From an uncultured virus (IMG/VR IMGVR_UViG_3300042453_003546) (lineage: Duplodnaviria; Heunggongvirae; Uroviricota; Caudoviricetes), in the IMG/VR virus record IMGVR_UViG_3300042453_003546: a stretch of 64,000 nucleotides of DNA; one strand, given 5' to 3'. The notes beneath the pieces are model-generated. The model had not been told where the DNA came from and made no database searches. It was given only the letters and a program-made list of their open reading frames with translations. Shown in pieces: positions 49,630 to 58,843 of the stretch. A program made the translations under genes and the position numbers. Each line of letters starts with the position of its first letter. Position 1 is the stretch's first letter.

Positions 49630-50820
49630 TTATGCGAATTTTCCTATTGCTACAATTTCATCTGTTAATGCTAATGTGAAACCTAATTGCGCTGGGTTAA
49701 TAACTAACGTACATACTCCAGCACTCTCCGTAAAACTTACCAATGCTGACGGTTCGATGTATTGACCATTAACAAAGAAACTAAAGCTGGTTATACTGGT
49801 TGCTGGTAACCCACTCGGAGCTACTAAAAACGATCCATTAAAGTAAGCTATGTTTGGCACTGTGACTGTAGTGGCTTCTATTGCCTTATTAGCGTTTAGA
49901 TAAGCCACAGTCGATGCGTTCACTAAAGATAATGGATTGATTGATGTTGTAACAGTTGGAGTTGTAAATATTGCTCCTCCCACCACAGCTTGATCTTTTT
50001 CTTGGAATACTGATGGATCTGCATCTGGAGTAATCTCAAATACTACCTGACGTGTATCAAACGTTTTGTTCGATTGTTTTTTACTAAGCTGCTTTACTAA
50101 TACATCTGGTACAATATGTCCAAAAATGGTCAATTCAAAATTTGTTCGTACTATACGATCAGCGTCTTGTAGTAAGTCTGTTGTATTTGTCCAGTTATCT
50201 ATTTTTGTTCTAAACTTGAAGCTTTCAACGTCTCCCCAATAAGCCCCTTCTGTATAAATCAAAGATTCCACAAGACTATTCATCTGTTCTATATAATCAG
50301 TCCAAATCACAACCTCATAAGATACATCAATATAGTCTGGTACTACTGTGTTAATATATGTCTTGATCGGCTTAGAGTTTGTTAGTTTACTAAACTGATC
50401 ATACTTGTTTATTTGTGAATACTTAACTTCCTGATTGTAATATATCTGAGGAAAGTTAGCATCCACTTTGTTAGATAAATTTCTATTCTTGGTGATGTTT
50501 GTCCTTCTATAGGATATTAGTGGGGATAGTATTTTTCCATTCTTGTCTCTGAAGTATCCATCTCCTTGTATGTTTTTCCACTTTTCTGGTGATCCATACA
50601 TTACTGGTACTTTTATTTTATTACCAAACTCCTCTACCTCTGGTTTAATTACTTCTTCAAAATAATATTTGATTGCATAATCAATATCGTACAAACCTAC
50701 TGACAATTCCTTCAGAGTATCATCATCTCTGCGGACATCATTATCACGCTCAAAGTCTCGGTTAATATCGCCTTGACTTAGTTCGTATTGTGATTTTGGT
50801 AGTCGTTTTCTTGTGTACAT
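49630..50820 (-). CDS. Tail terminator / sheath stabiliser (gp15-like)
   Basis: VPVMYGSPEKW and PDYIDVSYEVVIWT; follows the neck genes. Confidence 0.6.
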   Translation of the reverse strand: MYTRKRLPKSQYELSQGDINRDFERDNDVRRDDDTLKELSVGLYDIDYAIKYYFEEVIKPEVEEFGNKIKVPVMYGSPEKWKNIQGDGYFRDKNGKILSPLISYRRTNITKNRNLSNKVDANFPQIYYNQEVKYSQINKYDQFSKLTNSKPIKTYINTVVPDYIDVSYEVVIWTDYIEQMNSLVESLIYTEGAYWGDVESFKFRTKIDNWTNTTDLLQDADRIVRTNFELTIFGHIVPDVLVKQLSKKQSNKTFDTRQVVFEITPDADPSVFQEKDQAVVGGAIFTTPTVTTSINPLSLVNASTVAYLNANKAIEATTVTVPNIAYFNGSFLVAPSGLPATSITSFSFFVNGQYIEPSALVSFTESAGVCTLVINPAQLGFTLALTDEIVAIGKFA

Positions 50821-51323
50821 TATCTAGATCTTTCTATTTGTAGTCTTGAAACTCTTGTGTAGTGTGCTGTGCAAATAATACTTAAACTTTCTCCGAATTC
50901 CGGACCCACACTCTTCCCATAATCATTATCTCTACCTAATACAAATTGATTTTCGTTTACTTGATCAATTTCGTAGTAGGAACCTCTAACTTCAATAATA
51001 TCACCACCCTGTGGTACTAAACCTACTTCTCTTAGTTTTGGTTTAAGAAATCTGAATGTATATATTTGGGTCACATCAATACCAAACTGATCATCTTGTA
51101 TATACACTTGATCACCTCTTTCCATTAAACATGTTACTCGAACTGGTGCATAGTATGTCTTTTGTGCAGATGCCTCTCCATAGAGATTAGGCGTGTCTTT
51201 TGATTTCGTGTGTTTCAATGCATACTCATAGTAATCAACCTCTTGTTGAATAATATCATCCAACAACTCATTGTTTATCTTTTTGATAAAACTAATATCC
51301 CTCGATGATCCGAATAATGCCAT
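50820..51323 (-). CDS. Neck / head-closure protein (gp14-like)
   Basis: NLYGEA, FGID and P..GDII; synteny. Confidence 0.65.
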   Translation of the reverse strand: MALFGSSRDISFIKKINNELLDDIIQQEVDYYEYALKHTKSKDTPNLYGEASAQKTYYAPVRVTCLMERGDQVYIQDDQFGIDVTQIYTFRFLKPKLREVGLVPQGGDIIEVRGSYYEIDQVNENQFVLGRDNDYGKSVGPEFGESLSIICTAHYTRVSRLQIERSR

Positions 51324-52504
51324 TATTTAACGTATATGTAAAGTGGTACTTTTGATAATTGTGTTTGTAGTGCTGTTGCAACTGCCACCTCTTGCTCCAT
51401 CTGACCTTGACGTGTCATACCTTGTAGTAACGTCTGCAACTCTGTTATTAATGCTGTCTTATCTTCTCTCCCTTGCGACATTAGGTCTGTTCCATTTAAT
51501 GTTGTTTCTGCACCTGGAATAGGAACAACTGAATACTTGCTACGAACTAAACCCAGCATTTCTTTCACAAGCGCTAGTGTGTATTTATATATCCACTGAA
51601 TGCCTATATCCTTTATGCTACCAAACTGAATTCTACTATAAGGTACGTTACTTAAATCGCTAATTGATCCAGTAGAGCTTCCTGAAACTGGTGCATTTCT
51701 ATCATCCACAACAATATACTCAAACCACATCTTGTATGGTAGAGTTGGAATCGGAAACAAATTAAGCTTATTATTTCTAAGCTCAAATGAGTAATTTGAT
51801 TTTCTTATTGTGTCATTTAATTCGATAGCCTGCATTCTTAGCAAGTCTGCATATAGTGGCATTACTAGGAACGATACAGCTGGTGAATAAGATCCCCATC
51901 CAAAGCTATCCAATAGCTGCTGAGTACCAGCACCAGTTCCAACATAAGGGTCAAAGTATCTTACAATAGCTGGAGTAAAGTCGTGATAAACTCTCTTGAT
52001 TTCTATCTCTTTTCCAGACTCACTAACATTAGCCCACAATGCATCCAAATCATAACTTTGTGATCCTGGTACTAAATCTATGTATCCTTTTTTCCAGTCT
52101 ACTGTACCACCACTACCAGCCTCGCTACCGTAACCTTTAGCCATAGTAATTGTACGACCAAGATTAGGTGTTACGGGTTTTTGACTGAGTTGATTTGTGA
52201 CTGGAGTACCGATTAATGTTAACATGTAATCCTTTGCATTGTTCATGTTAACTTGAGTACTAAATTCTGTTACTGCCTCCTCAAATGCTGCAAAAAAGTT
52301 AATATCTTGTAATTCTACATCCATGATTGGATAACCTAATCTACGAGCACACCAATCAGCTACCTTATCCGCTTCTAATTTAAACGTAGCATCACCATCG
52401 TAGTATCCAAATGGAGTTGGTCTAGTTGTAGTTGATCCTGTGTAGAAGGATGCTGATAATGTAGTAAATGAACTGGATCCAGGCCAGATTGGTATGTTAG
52501 CCAT
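51323..52504 (-). CDS. Neck / head-tail adaptor protein (gp13-like)
   Basis: RRLGYPIMDVEL and WIYKYTLALVKEMLG.VRSKY...LNG. Confidence 0.8.
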   Translation of the reverse strand: MANIPIWPGSSSFTTLSASFYTGSTTTRPTPFGYYDGDATFKLEADKVADWCARRLGYPIMDVELQDINFFAAFEEAVTEFSTQVNMNNAKDYMLTLIGTPVTNQLSQKPVTPNLGRTITMAKGYGSEAGSGGTVDWKKGYIDLVPGSQSYDLDALWANVSESGKEIEIKRVYHDFTPAIVRYFDPYVGTGAGTQQLLDSFGWGSYSPAVSFLVMPLYADLLRMQAIELNDTIRKSNYSFELRNNKLNLFPIPTLPYKMWFEYIVVDDRNAPVSGSSTGSISDLSNVPYSRIQFGSIKDIGIQWIYKYTLALVKEMLGLVRSKYSVVPIPGAETTLNGTDLMSQGREDKTALITELQTLLQGMTRQGQMEQEVAVATALQTQLSKVPLYIYVK

Positions 52505-52557
52505 ATTCTACGTAGTTGTTTACATATAAATAGTAGGCTTTACCAATTAAAATTCAA

Positions 52558-53241
52558 TTAAAGGTCTCTGTAGTCCGAATATACTTTTAGAACATCTTCC
52601 ACAATCTCATGTCTATGGTTTGTTTTTAGTGATACTATCTTCACACCCTTTACTTGCTCCTCTAATCTCACAAAAAAACCAATACCTGAGTCTTTTTTAT
52701 TCTTGAGATCTATTTGGGCTAAATCTCCACAGAATACCATTTTGCCACCCTTACCTAAACGACCAATCATCATTTCTGTTTGACCGTGTGTGATATTTTG
52801 ACATTCATCCACTAACACAAACATGTTTGGAAACGTACGACCTCTCATAAAGGCAAAAGGAACAATCTCTATCAATCCATCCTCAACTAGTTTATCTATG
52901 GATTGTTTATTATAGAGCATATATAAGTTAGCATAAATTGGTGCCAACCATGGATCCATTTTTTCTTTCAAGTCACCTGGTAAAAATCCAATATCCTCCT
53001 TTGCTACTGTAGGTCGTGTAATAATAATTTTTTCAATCTCTCTTTTATGAAACATATCGAGAGCTGTTTGACAAGCTACTAGGGTTTTACCACTACCAGC
53101 CATTCCTTTTAATAATACTACTGGATTGTTGTAGATTGTTGCTTTTGCAATTTTTTGCTCTTCGTTAAGATCAATCTTATACTTGATAGGAGCTTTGGGT
53201 TTTCTTTTTTCGAGATTACTTACTCGTTGAGGCTGGTCCAT
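52558..53241 (-). CDS. phoH: PhoH-family ATPase
   Basis: GMAGSGKT, IGFLPG, FMRGRTF, DECQN and GDLAQID. Confidence 0.95.
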   Translation of the reverse strand: MDQPQRVSNLEKRKPKAPIKYKIDLNEEQKIAKATIYNNPVVLLKGMAGSGKTLVACQTALDMFHKREIEKIIITRPTVAKEDIGFLPGDLKEKMDPWLAPIYANLYMLYNKQSIDKLVEDGLIEIVPFAFMRGRTFPNMFVLVDECQNITHGQTEMMIGRLGKGGKMVFCGDLAQIDLKNKKDSGIGFFVRLEEQVKGVKIVSLKTNHRHEIVEDVLKVYSDYRDL

Positions 53242-53280
53242 AAACTAATAACTGGTTTGTTTCCTATAAATAGAGGATAA

Positions 53281-53308
53281 AAAGAAAAACCCTCACTATG
53301 GAGGGTTT
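53281..53308 (-). terminator. Terminator hairpin
   Basis: aaaccctc/gagggttt with a U tract. Confidence 0.7.
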
Positions 53309-53340
53309 AAATTTTCAAAGCCAGCTTTTTTGTTTTTGTG

Positions 53341-53769
53341 TTAGAGTCCCACTCGCTTCATTGCGTTCATCAACATATCATATCGGTATTGGACATCTTC
53401 CTGATCACCCTGTGACATGGATATGAGCATTCTATTTATATACTCTGGAAAGACCTTGTATGTCTTCATTAACTGGCTTAGTTGACCGCTTCCTATTTTG
53501 TGTAGTTGCAATTCCTCCCCCTGCATGGTTTGTACTTTTTGTCCGTTAATAGTTAAAGTCTGAACACCTCCGGCATGCCAATCCTCTTTTTTGGCCTTTA
53601 CTTGCAATTTGAGCGTCTTGACAGCAGCATCGATCTTCGCTGCTAATTTTGTTCTTATATCATTAGCGTAATCCAATATTTCTTGTGGAGATGAGTCTGG
53701 AGTAATGTTCTCCTTTAGTAAAGACTTTACTTCTTGTCTGATTAAGTTTCTTAATTCGTTACTTTTCAT
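53341..53769 (-). CDS. Leader-family protein directly after the major capsid gene
   Basis: MKSNELRNLIRQEVKSLLKEN. Confidence 0.6.
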   Translation of the reverse strand: MKSNELRNLIRQEVKSLLKENITPDSSPQEILDYANDIRTKLAAKIDAAVKTLKLQVKAKKEDWHAGGVQTLTINGQKVQTMQGEELQLHKIGSGQLSQLMKTYKVFPEYINRMLISMSQGDQEDVQYRYDMLMNAMKRVGL

Positions 53770-53832
53770 TTTTTATAGTTTTTTTATTTTATATAAAAAT
53801 CGCACTTTTATTTTAAATTTGCAACAGATATC

Positions 53833-53862
53833 AAAAAAAAACCCCCCTCAGAGAGGAGGGCC
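53833..53862 (-). terminator. Terminator after the major capsid gene
   Basis: ccctc/gaggg stem followed by a U9 tract on the minus strand. Confidence 0.75.
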
Positions 53863-53884
53863 TTTTATCTAGTGTTTATTCAAC

Positions 53885-55495
53885 TTACACTACACCTAAA
53901 TCACCTACGTATACTTTACCGTAGAACTCAGGACGAGTTACAACTTTCGCGTAACGTGTCATTACACCACGTCTTGGAATGAAGTTGTTAGGATCGTATA
54001 CAAGAGGAGTAAGCATCAATGGAATATATGGAGCATAAACCGCACCTGTTTCAAGGAATTGGTTACCACGGAAACCCATTAATACTGTGTTTTCTTGCAT
54101 GTAAGGGTTTTTGTATACTTCGTAGCGGCTAGTCATAGCACCTACTTTTTGTACACCCATTGCATACTTCATTTTAGTACCATCACCATCAGCTGCATAT
54201 CCTGGGATAGACTCAAGGATAGTAGAAACTGTAGGAGAACATACTAAGAAGTTAGCACCACCTCTAAGAGTTTTAGCGTGGATTTGGTTACTTACTTTTT
54301 GTAGTTTAGTACCTAAAGTTGCAAACCAAGTACCTTGGATATATGCTTGACCAGAGAACTGAGAAGGAGTGAATGTACCTGTACCAGGGTTGTATTCAGT
54401 ACCAACTTTAGCAGACCAGTACTCAGTAGTGTCAGCTGCAGAAATAAGCATGTCTAAGATTTCAAGGTCAATTTCCATTGAAACATACTCAGACAACATA
54501 GCTGTTAATTCTGCCTCAGCATCTACAGAGTGGTATGCGTTAAGGTCTTGTGCAAATTCAGGTGTCCAACTTGCCTTCAACTTACGAGTCTTAGCAGTTA
54601 CTGGAATTGAACGCATTTGTAATTCAATTTCAGGGATGTTAAGGTTTGTATCTAATGTACGACCAGCAGCAGTTTCAAAATCGCTACGTCCATCGTTTGA
54701 AGGCTGTAAAGAGAATGATACTGCAAAGTTAGCCATAGTAGAACCAGATCCCGCTGCAGAAGCAGAAACTAAGAAAATAAGGTCGTTACCTGATTTTTTA
54801 GTGAATGCTGGGAAGTAATCTGTACCAGCTGTCAAAGTTACAGAAGAGGACACAGGAACGAAAGAACGTACTGCATATTGATCTGCATTCGCTGCTGTAG
54901 TTGAGAAGAAGTTAGATAATGTTAAAGTTCTATAGCTTGATAAAGAACCAGTAAAGTCTCCATCATAGTTTACTGCAGCTGCAGTAGCAGAACCAGAAGT
55001 GGTAGTCAAAGAAGAAGATACTACAGTGTTAACTGAGTAACCAAATCTACCAGCACCATAAAGACCATCCTTAGGAGCACCAGTTCCGTTGGTGATACCT
55101 TGAAGAGTACCAATTTGGTTTTTACCAGTTGGATCATATCCGAACGGTTGCTTGCTTGTACCATACTTGAAGTCTAAGTAGAATACTAGACCAGATGGAA
55201 GGTTCATTGGTTGTACAGAAACGAATTCTTTAGCTGCGATCTCAGCAAAGATCCTGCGTACAAGAGGAAGAGCTACACCGTGATACTGCTCGTATCCAGC
55301 TGCGCCAGTACCTGCTGTAGAAACAGATCCCTCTTTTAGTAATTGTTTTGCTTGGTTTTCAAGAAGGATAGCAACAGTTGATTTTTCGTTGTTGCCTTTG
55401 AGACCTTCCAAAAGACCAGTTTTAGACCATTTGTTGATCAGAGGTCTTACTTCTGCACCCCTGTTGGTCTCCTTGATGTTTTCGAATAAGTTCAT
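53885..55495 (-). CDS. Major capsid protein (T4 gp23-like)
   Basis: LLENQ, LPLVRR, VQPM..PSGL, AKTRKLKA.WT.E.AQDL, YAPYIPL and MTRYA. Confidence 0.95.
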   Translation of the reverse strand: MNLFENIKETNRGAEVRPLINKWSKTGLLEGLKGNNEKSTVAILLENQAKQLLKEGSVSTAGTGAAGYEQYHGVALPLVRRIFAEIAAKEFVSVQPMNLPSGLVFYLDFKYGTSKQPFGYDPTGKNQIGTLQGITNGTGAPKDGLYGAGRFGYSVNTVVSSSLTTTSGSATAAAVNYDGDFTGSLSSYRTLTLSNFFSTTAANADQYAVRSFVPVSSSVTLTAGTDYFPAFTKKSGNDLIFLVSASAAGSGSTMANFAVSFSLQPSNDGRSDFETAAGRTLDTNLNIPEIELQMRSIPVTAKTRKLKASWTPEFAQDLNAYHSVDAEAELTAMLSEYVSMEIDLEILDMLISAADTTEYWSAKVGTEYNPGTGTFTPSQFSGQAYIQGTWFATLGTKLQKVSNQIHAKTLRGGANFLVCSPTVSTILESIPGYAADGDGTKMKYAMGVQKVGAMTSRYEVYKNPYMQENTVLMGFRGNQFLETGAVYAPYIPLMLTPLVYDPNNFIPRRGVMTRYAKVVTRPEFYGKVYVGDLGVV

Positions 55496-55521
55496 TTTCT
55501 AAAGGTTTTTTTGTTTTTTAA

Positions 55522-56472
55522 TTATTTGTTATAATCCACAAGGGTTTTGAAACGATTGAATACATTGTTACTTTCAGAAATGATTTGAGTTTTCTTCTGT
55601 GGAGCGGAAGCAAAACCTTCCATCATTTTTGTTTTTTTAGCAACCGGTTTAGAAGCAGTTTTGTTAACTGATTCAGACAATGTAGCATAGATCAATTTGG
55701 CTTCACGTACATTTTTAGCACGGTCAAAAGTTTCAATGATCTTCACTTTTTGGCTTTCAGAAAGTTGACCTTTTCTAAATAACTTGTTTACGAATAAAAG
55801 TTTAGCGTTAAGTAAGTTTACTTCATTCAGTTTAGAACGTAAGAATTTTACAACTTTGTAAGCCTCTTCTAATTCTTCTTCTGCTTTTTCAGCTCTTTCT
55901 TCCGCTTCAGATGAATCTTCGTCATCACCATTTTCCTCTTCTCTTAGAGCTTTGATGATTTCGTTGATATCAACTTCTTCTTCATCTTCAGAATCCATTT
56001 CCATCATGTCGATGTCCATTTCTTCTTCATCTTCAGAATCCATTTCCATGATGTCGTGCATTTCAGGATCTTCAGACTCTTCAGTCTCTTCACCACCATG
56101 CTCAAGTTCCCATAGAATTTCTTCTAGATCTTCATCGGAAACCTCTTCTTCATCTGAGTAGTCTTCTTCAGACTCCATACCCTCATCAGAATAATCTTCC
56201 TCTGAATAATCCTCTTCAGAACCCATGTCGTCTTCATCTTCTTCAGACATAACGCCAGCCATTTTTTTCATTTTTTTAACCTCATCGGTTGGCTCTTCTG
56301 GAGTCATTTCAACTTCCTCTTCGTCACCTTCCATCTCTTCCTTAATTTTGTGGGAAAGCATAGATTGTAGTTTTGGAGCGAACGCCTCTTCAAGAGCTGC
56401 TTTTGCATTTGCTAGAGCGGTTTCACGCACTGCCTTTGCATCTGCGATTGCATCTTTAAGTAATTTGTTCAT
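55522..56472 (-). CDS. Prohead scaffold/core protein
   Basis: Highly acidic centre with coiled-coil ends; immediately upstream of the capsid gene. Confidence 0.75.
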   Translation of the reverse strand: MNKLLKDAIADAKAVRETALANAKAALEEAFAPKLQSMLSHKIKEEMEGDEEEVEMTPEEPTDEVKKMKKMAGVMSEEDEDDMGSEEDYSEEDYSDEGMESEEDYSDEEEVSDEDLEEILWELEHGGEETEESEDPEMHDIMEMDSEDEEEMDIDMMEMDSEDEEEVDINEIIKALREEENGDDEDSSEAEERAEKAEEELEEAYKVVKFLRSKLNEVNLLNAKLLFVNKLFRKGQLSESQKVKIIETFDRAKNVREAKLIYATLSESVNKTASKPVAKKTKMMEGFASAPQKKTQIISESNNVFNRFKTLVDYNK

Positions 56473-56591
56473 TTTGTTTTCCTTATTTTTGAACGTCCTA
56501 CAGCTATTAGGGAGCTATAATATTTAAAATATTTACGGACACTATAATAGATTGGATAGTGTATTTAGTTATACATATTACACCAAATACC

Positions 56592-56615
56592 AAAACCCGT
56601 TTTTTAGGACGGGTT
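56592..56615 (-). terminator. Terminator hairpin
   Basis: aacccgt/acgggtt stem with a U tract. Confidence 0.65.
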
Positions 56616-56646
56616 AAGTATAAAAAAGTTTTAAATTTTTGTTAAT

Positions 56647-57429
56647 TTACGCTGGTTGTAGGTTTGGAAGTGTTTCAGCACCTTCACCACCTTCCTGTTT
56701 GTAATTTTTGATTGCCTCAATTAAGTGCTTCCATAAGGTTGCTAACTCAAAGCCCTTTCCAATCACTCCAGTTAAAGATAAAAATACCATTAGTGGTGAT
56801 GCACCTAGTACTGGGAAGAATAACAACCCTAGAGCTAATAAGATTGTAACGATGACGATTGTACCACTATATCCAGCTATTTTTTGTGAAGCTTTTCCAC
56901 CACCTAATTTTTTTGTGACAAACTCGAAAAACTTTTCCATTGCTTTTGCAGGTAATCCAGTTAGTTTCTTTAACGGACCCATTGCCTTGTTTATTTTTTG
57001 AGATATTTGGTCTGGATTGATTTCCTTTCCGGTTAACTCTTTCATTGTACCTGCTATCACATTAAGTAATGCTACATTACCCAATGCAGCACCTACTAAC
57101 TCAACAGTCTGTAGTAATCCCCCTCCTCCAGCTTCTTTTAATCTATATCCACGAGCTTCTTGAATCTGTTGCGCAATGGTTTCTACATCTTGTACATCAA
57201 CTTTGTCCAAGTTGCCGTTATCTTCTAATGCCGCCATAAGCATTGCTGCTTGTACTTCTTCGTCTGTAATATCTTCACCAGCAGCTTTTACCTCTTTACC
57301 AAGTTCCATTACTTTGTTCTGAACGCTTGAAGCTAATCCCTGCACATTCTCAAATAACCTTCTGCTTTTTTTTGTAGTAATTACTTTTTTAGCAATTTCA
57401 CTAAGCAATATTATATTTTTCTTTTTCAT
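56647..57429 (-). CDS. Head-region protein with LxE sites and a hydrophobic helical hairpin
   Basis: LLSE, LFE and LKE sites; TM-like GTIVIVTILLALGLLFFPVLGASPLMVFLSLTGVIG. Confidence 0.55.
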   Translation of the reverse strand: MKKKNIILLSEIAKKVITTKKSRRLFENVQGLASSVQNKVMELGKEVKAAGEDITDEEVQAAMLMAALEDNGNLDKVDVQDVETIAQQIQEARGYRLKEAGGGGLLQTVELVGAALGNVALLNVIAGTMKELTGKEINPDQISQKINKAMGPLKKLTGLPAKAMEKFFEFVTKKLGGGKASQKIAGYSGTIVIVTILLALGLLFFPVLGASPLMVFLSLTGVIGKGFELATLWKHLIEAIKNYKQEGGEGAETLPNLQPA

Positions 57430-57878
57430 CTTTTTTTAAAAAATTTAGTAGCTTGTTCTGTAATATCATCAAAGTTTACCAATATATCAACTCCATCTGG
57501 TTGAGTTGTTACTATAATTCCCTTCTTGCTTATACTCTTAACTATTCCTTTATCACTCGTAAACCCAGCTTTGTTGTATTTTTTTACACCACTAATATCA
57601 AATTTAATTGGTATACCTTTTGGTTCTTCTGGTTTAGCTTTTTTCTCCGTATCTTTTTCTTCTCCTTCTGCATCTCCTCCTTCATCTTCGGCTCCTTGAT
57701 CCTCTCCAGCAGCAGGCTCTTCTCCTCCTTCTTTCTCATCACCACCACCAGCAAATGGATTTGCATCAGCAGCCCCTTCACCACCTTTGTCATCAGCCTT
57801 TTCCTCTTCAGCCTCACGAAGGTATTTGCTCACAATCTTGCGAATATATTCTTTTAAAAGTGCTTTATTTGATTTCAT
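57426..57878 (-). CDS. Acidic prohead-core-like protein with leader-like N-terminus
   Basis: MKSNKALLKEYIRKIVSKYLREAEE followed by an acidic linker. Confidence 0.55.
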   Translation of the reverse strand: MKSNKALLKEYIRKIVSKYLREAEEEKADDKGGEGAADANPFAGGGDEKEGGEEPAAGEDQGAEDEGGDAEGEEKDTEKKAKPEEPKGIPIKFDISGVKKYNKAGFTSDKGIVKSISKKGIIVTTQPDGVDILVNFDDITEQATKFFKKR

Positions 57879-58224
57879 AGTAGCGAGATAGGGTATGTCC
57901 CATTTCTTCGTAAAGTGATTCTAATCGTTGTTGTAACTTACTTACCTCTTTCACAGTTTTCATGAAAGCCTCATTATTTGATTTTAATGATTTCATGTTA
58001 CGCTTAACTGTGATCTCATCAAACCATTCTTCTGTTTCTTGTAAAGCTATTCTTTCGGCATTTTCAACAATTTTAGTAATTGCTTCTGCAGCTTGCTTTA
58101 GACCTTCTGTACGATAGATTTGACTTCCGTATTCATTAAATCTCGATACCTCTTGAAGAAAAGCAGCCTTTTCGTTAAGGTTTGCTTTTTGATCGATACT
58201 TTCTTTTATTCTTTTCAGTTTCAT
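57865..58224 (-). CDS. Prohead core-like helical protein
   Basis: IKE and LNE sites; adjacent to the protease gene. Confidence 0.55.
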   Translation of the reverse strand: MKLKRIKESIDQKANLNEKAAFLQEVSRFNEYGSQIYRTEGLKQAAEAITKIVENAERIALQETEEWFDEITVKRNMKSLKSNNEAFMKTVKEVSKLQQRLESLYEEMGHTLSRYYEIK

Positions 58225-58225
58225 A

Positions 58226-58843
58226 TTACATTATTGAGATTATATCGTTTATAAGTGCATTCACTCTTGTATATCTGCTATTAACTATTAATCCTTGCTT
58301 TGATTCATTTAGGTTATCCATAAAGGCCCCTTGTGTTGATGGATTTGACACTAAGTCCCAACATACGATTTCAAAATCATCTTGCACTTCAACCTTTCCT
58401 TCTCCTAACTCTCTCACAGATCCCATACCTCTAGAACTAATACCTAAACGAATACCAGCTCTCAAAAGCTCTTTTGCAATGTTTCCTGAAGGCGTTGCTA
58501 GTATTTCAATCTTACCCATGAGGTCAGTGCCATCCCACCAAAGATCAACAATATTGTGGGACACGTTAGACAAATTTACTACTGATGATTCTGGGTGATC
58601 TAGCTCACCTAATGCTCTACGTTCAGCTACAAAAACTTTTTTATATTTGTCCGCCTCACGTCTAAGAATCGGTAGTGGATAACTTCTTCCATTTTGGTTA
58701 AAGTTTTTATCATTTCCAGTACTACCTCTTTGCATAATTCCACTAACAATTAACTTACCACCATTTGATGAGATAGATTCATTAATTTGCTCAGGTGTGA
58801 ATTGGATTGAGCCAATGTAGTCAACTATTACTTGCTTATTCAT
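58226..58843 (-). CDS. Prohead protease (T4 gp21-like)
   Basis: NQNGRSY, ALGELDHP, VSH, TPSG, GISSRGMGS and DLVSNPS. Confidence 0.95.
   Translation of the reverse strand: MNKQVIVDYIGSIQFTPEQINESISSNGGKLIVSGIMQRGSTGNDKNFNQNGRSYPLPILRREADKYKKVFVAERRALGELDHPESSVVNLSNVSHNIVDLWWDGTDLMGKIEILATPSGNIAKELLRAGIRLGISSRGMGSVRELGEGKVEVQDDFEIVCWDLVSNPSTQGAFMDNLNESKQGLIVNSRYTRVNALINDIISIM

Noticed and set aside
55970..56240. Short tandem repeats in the scaffold gene (MEMDSEDEEE x2, EEDYS x3)
   Set aside because: Low-complexity acidic linker typical of scaffold proteins.
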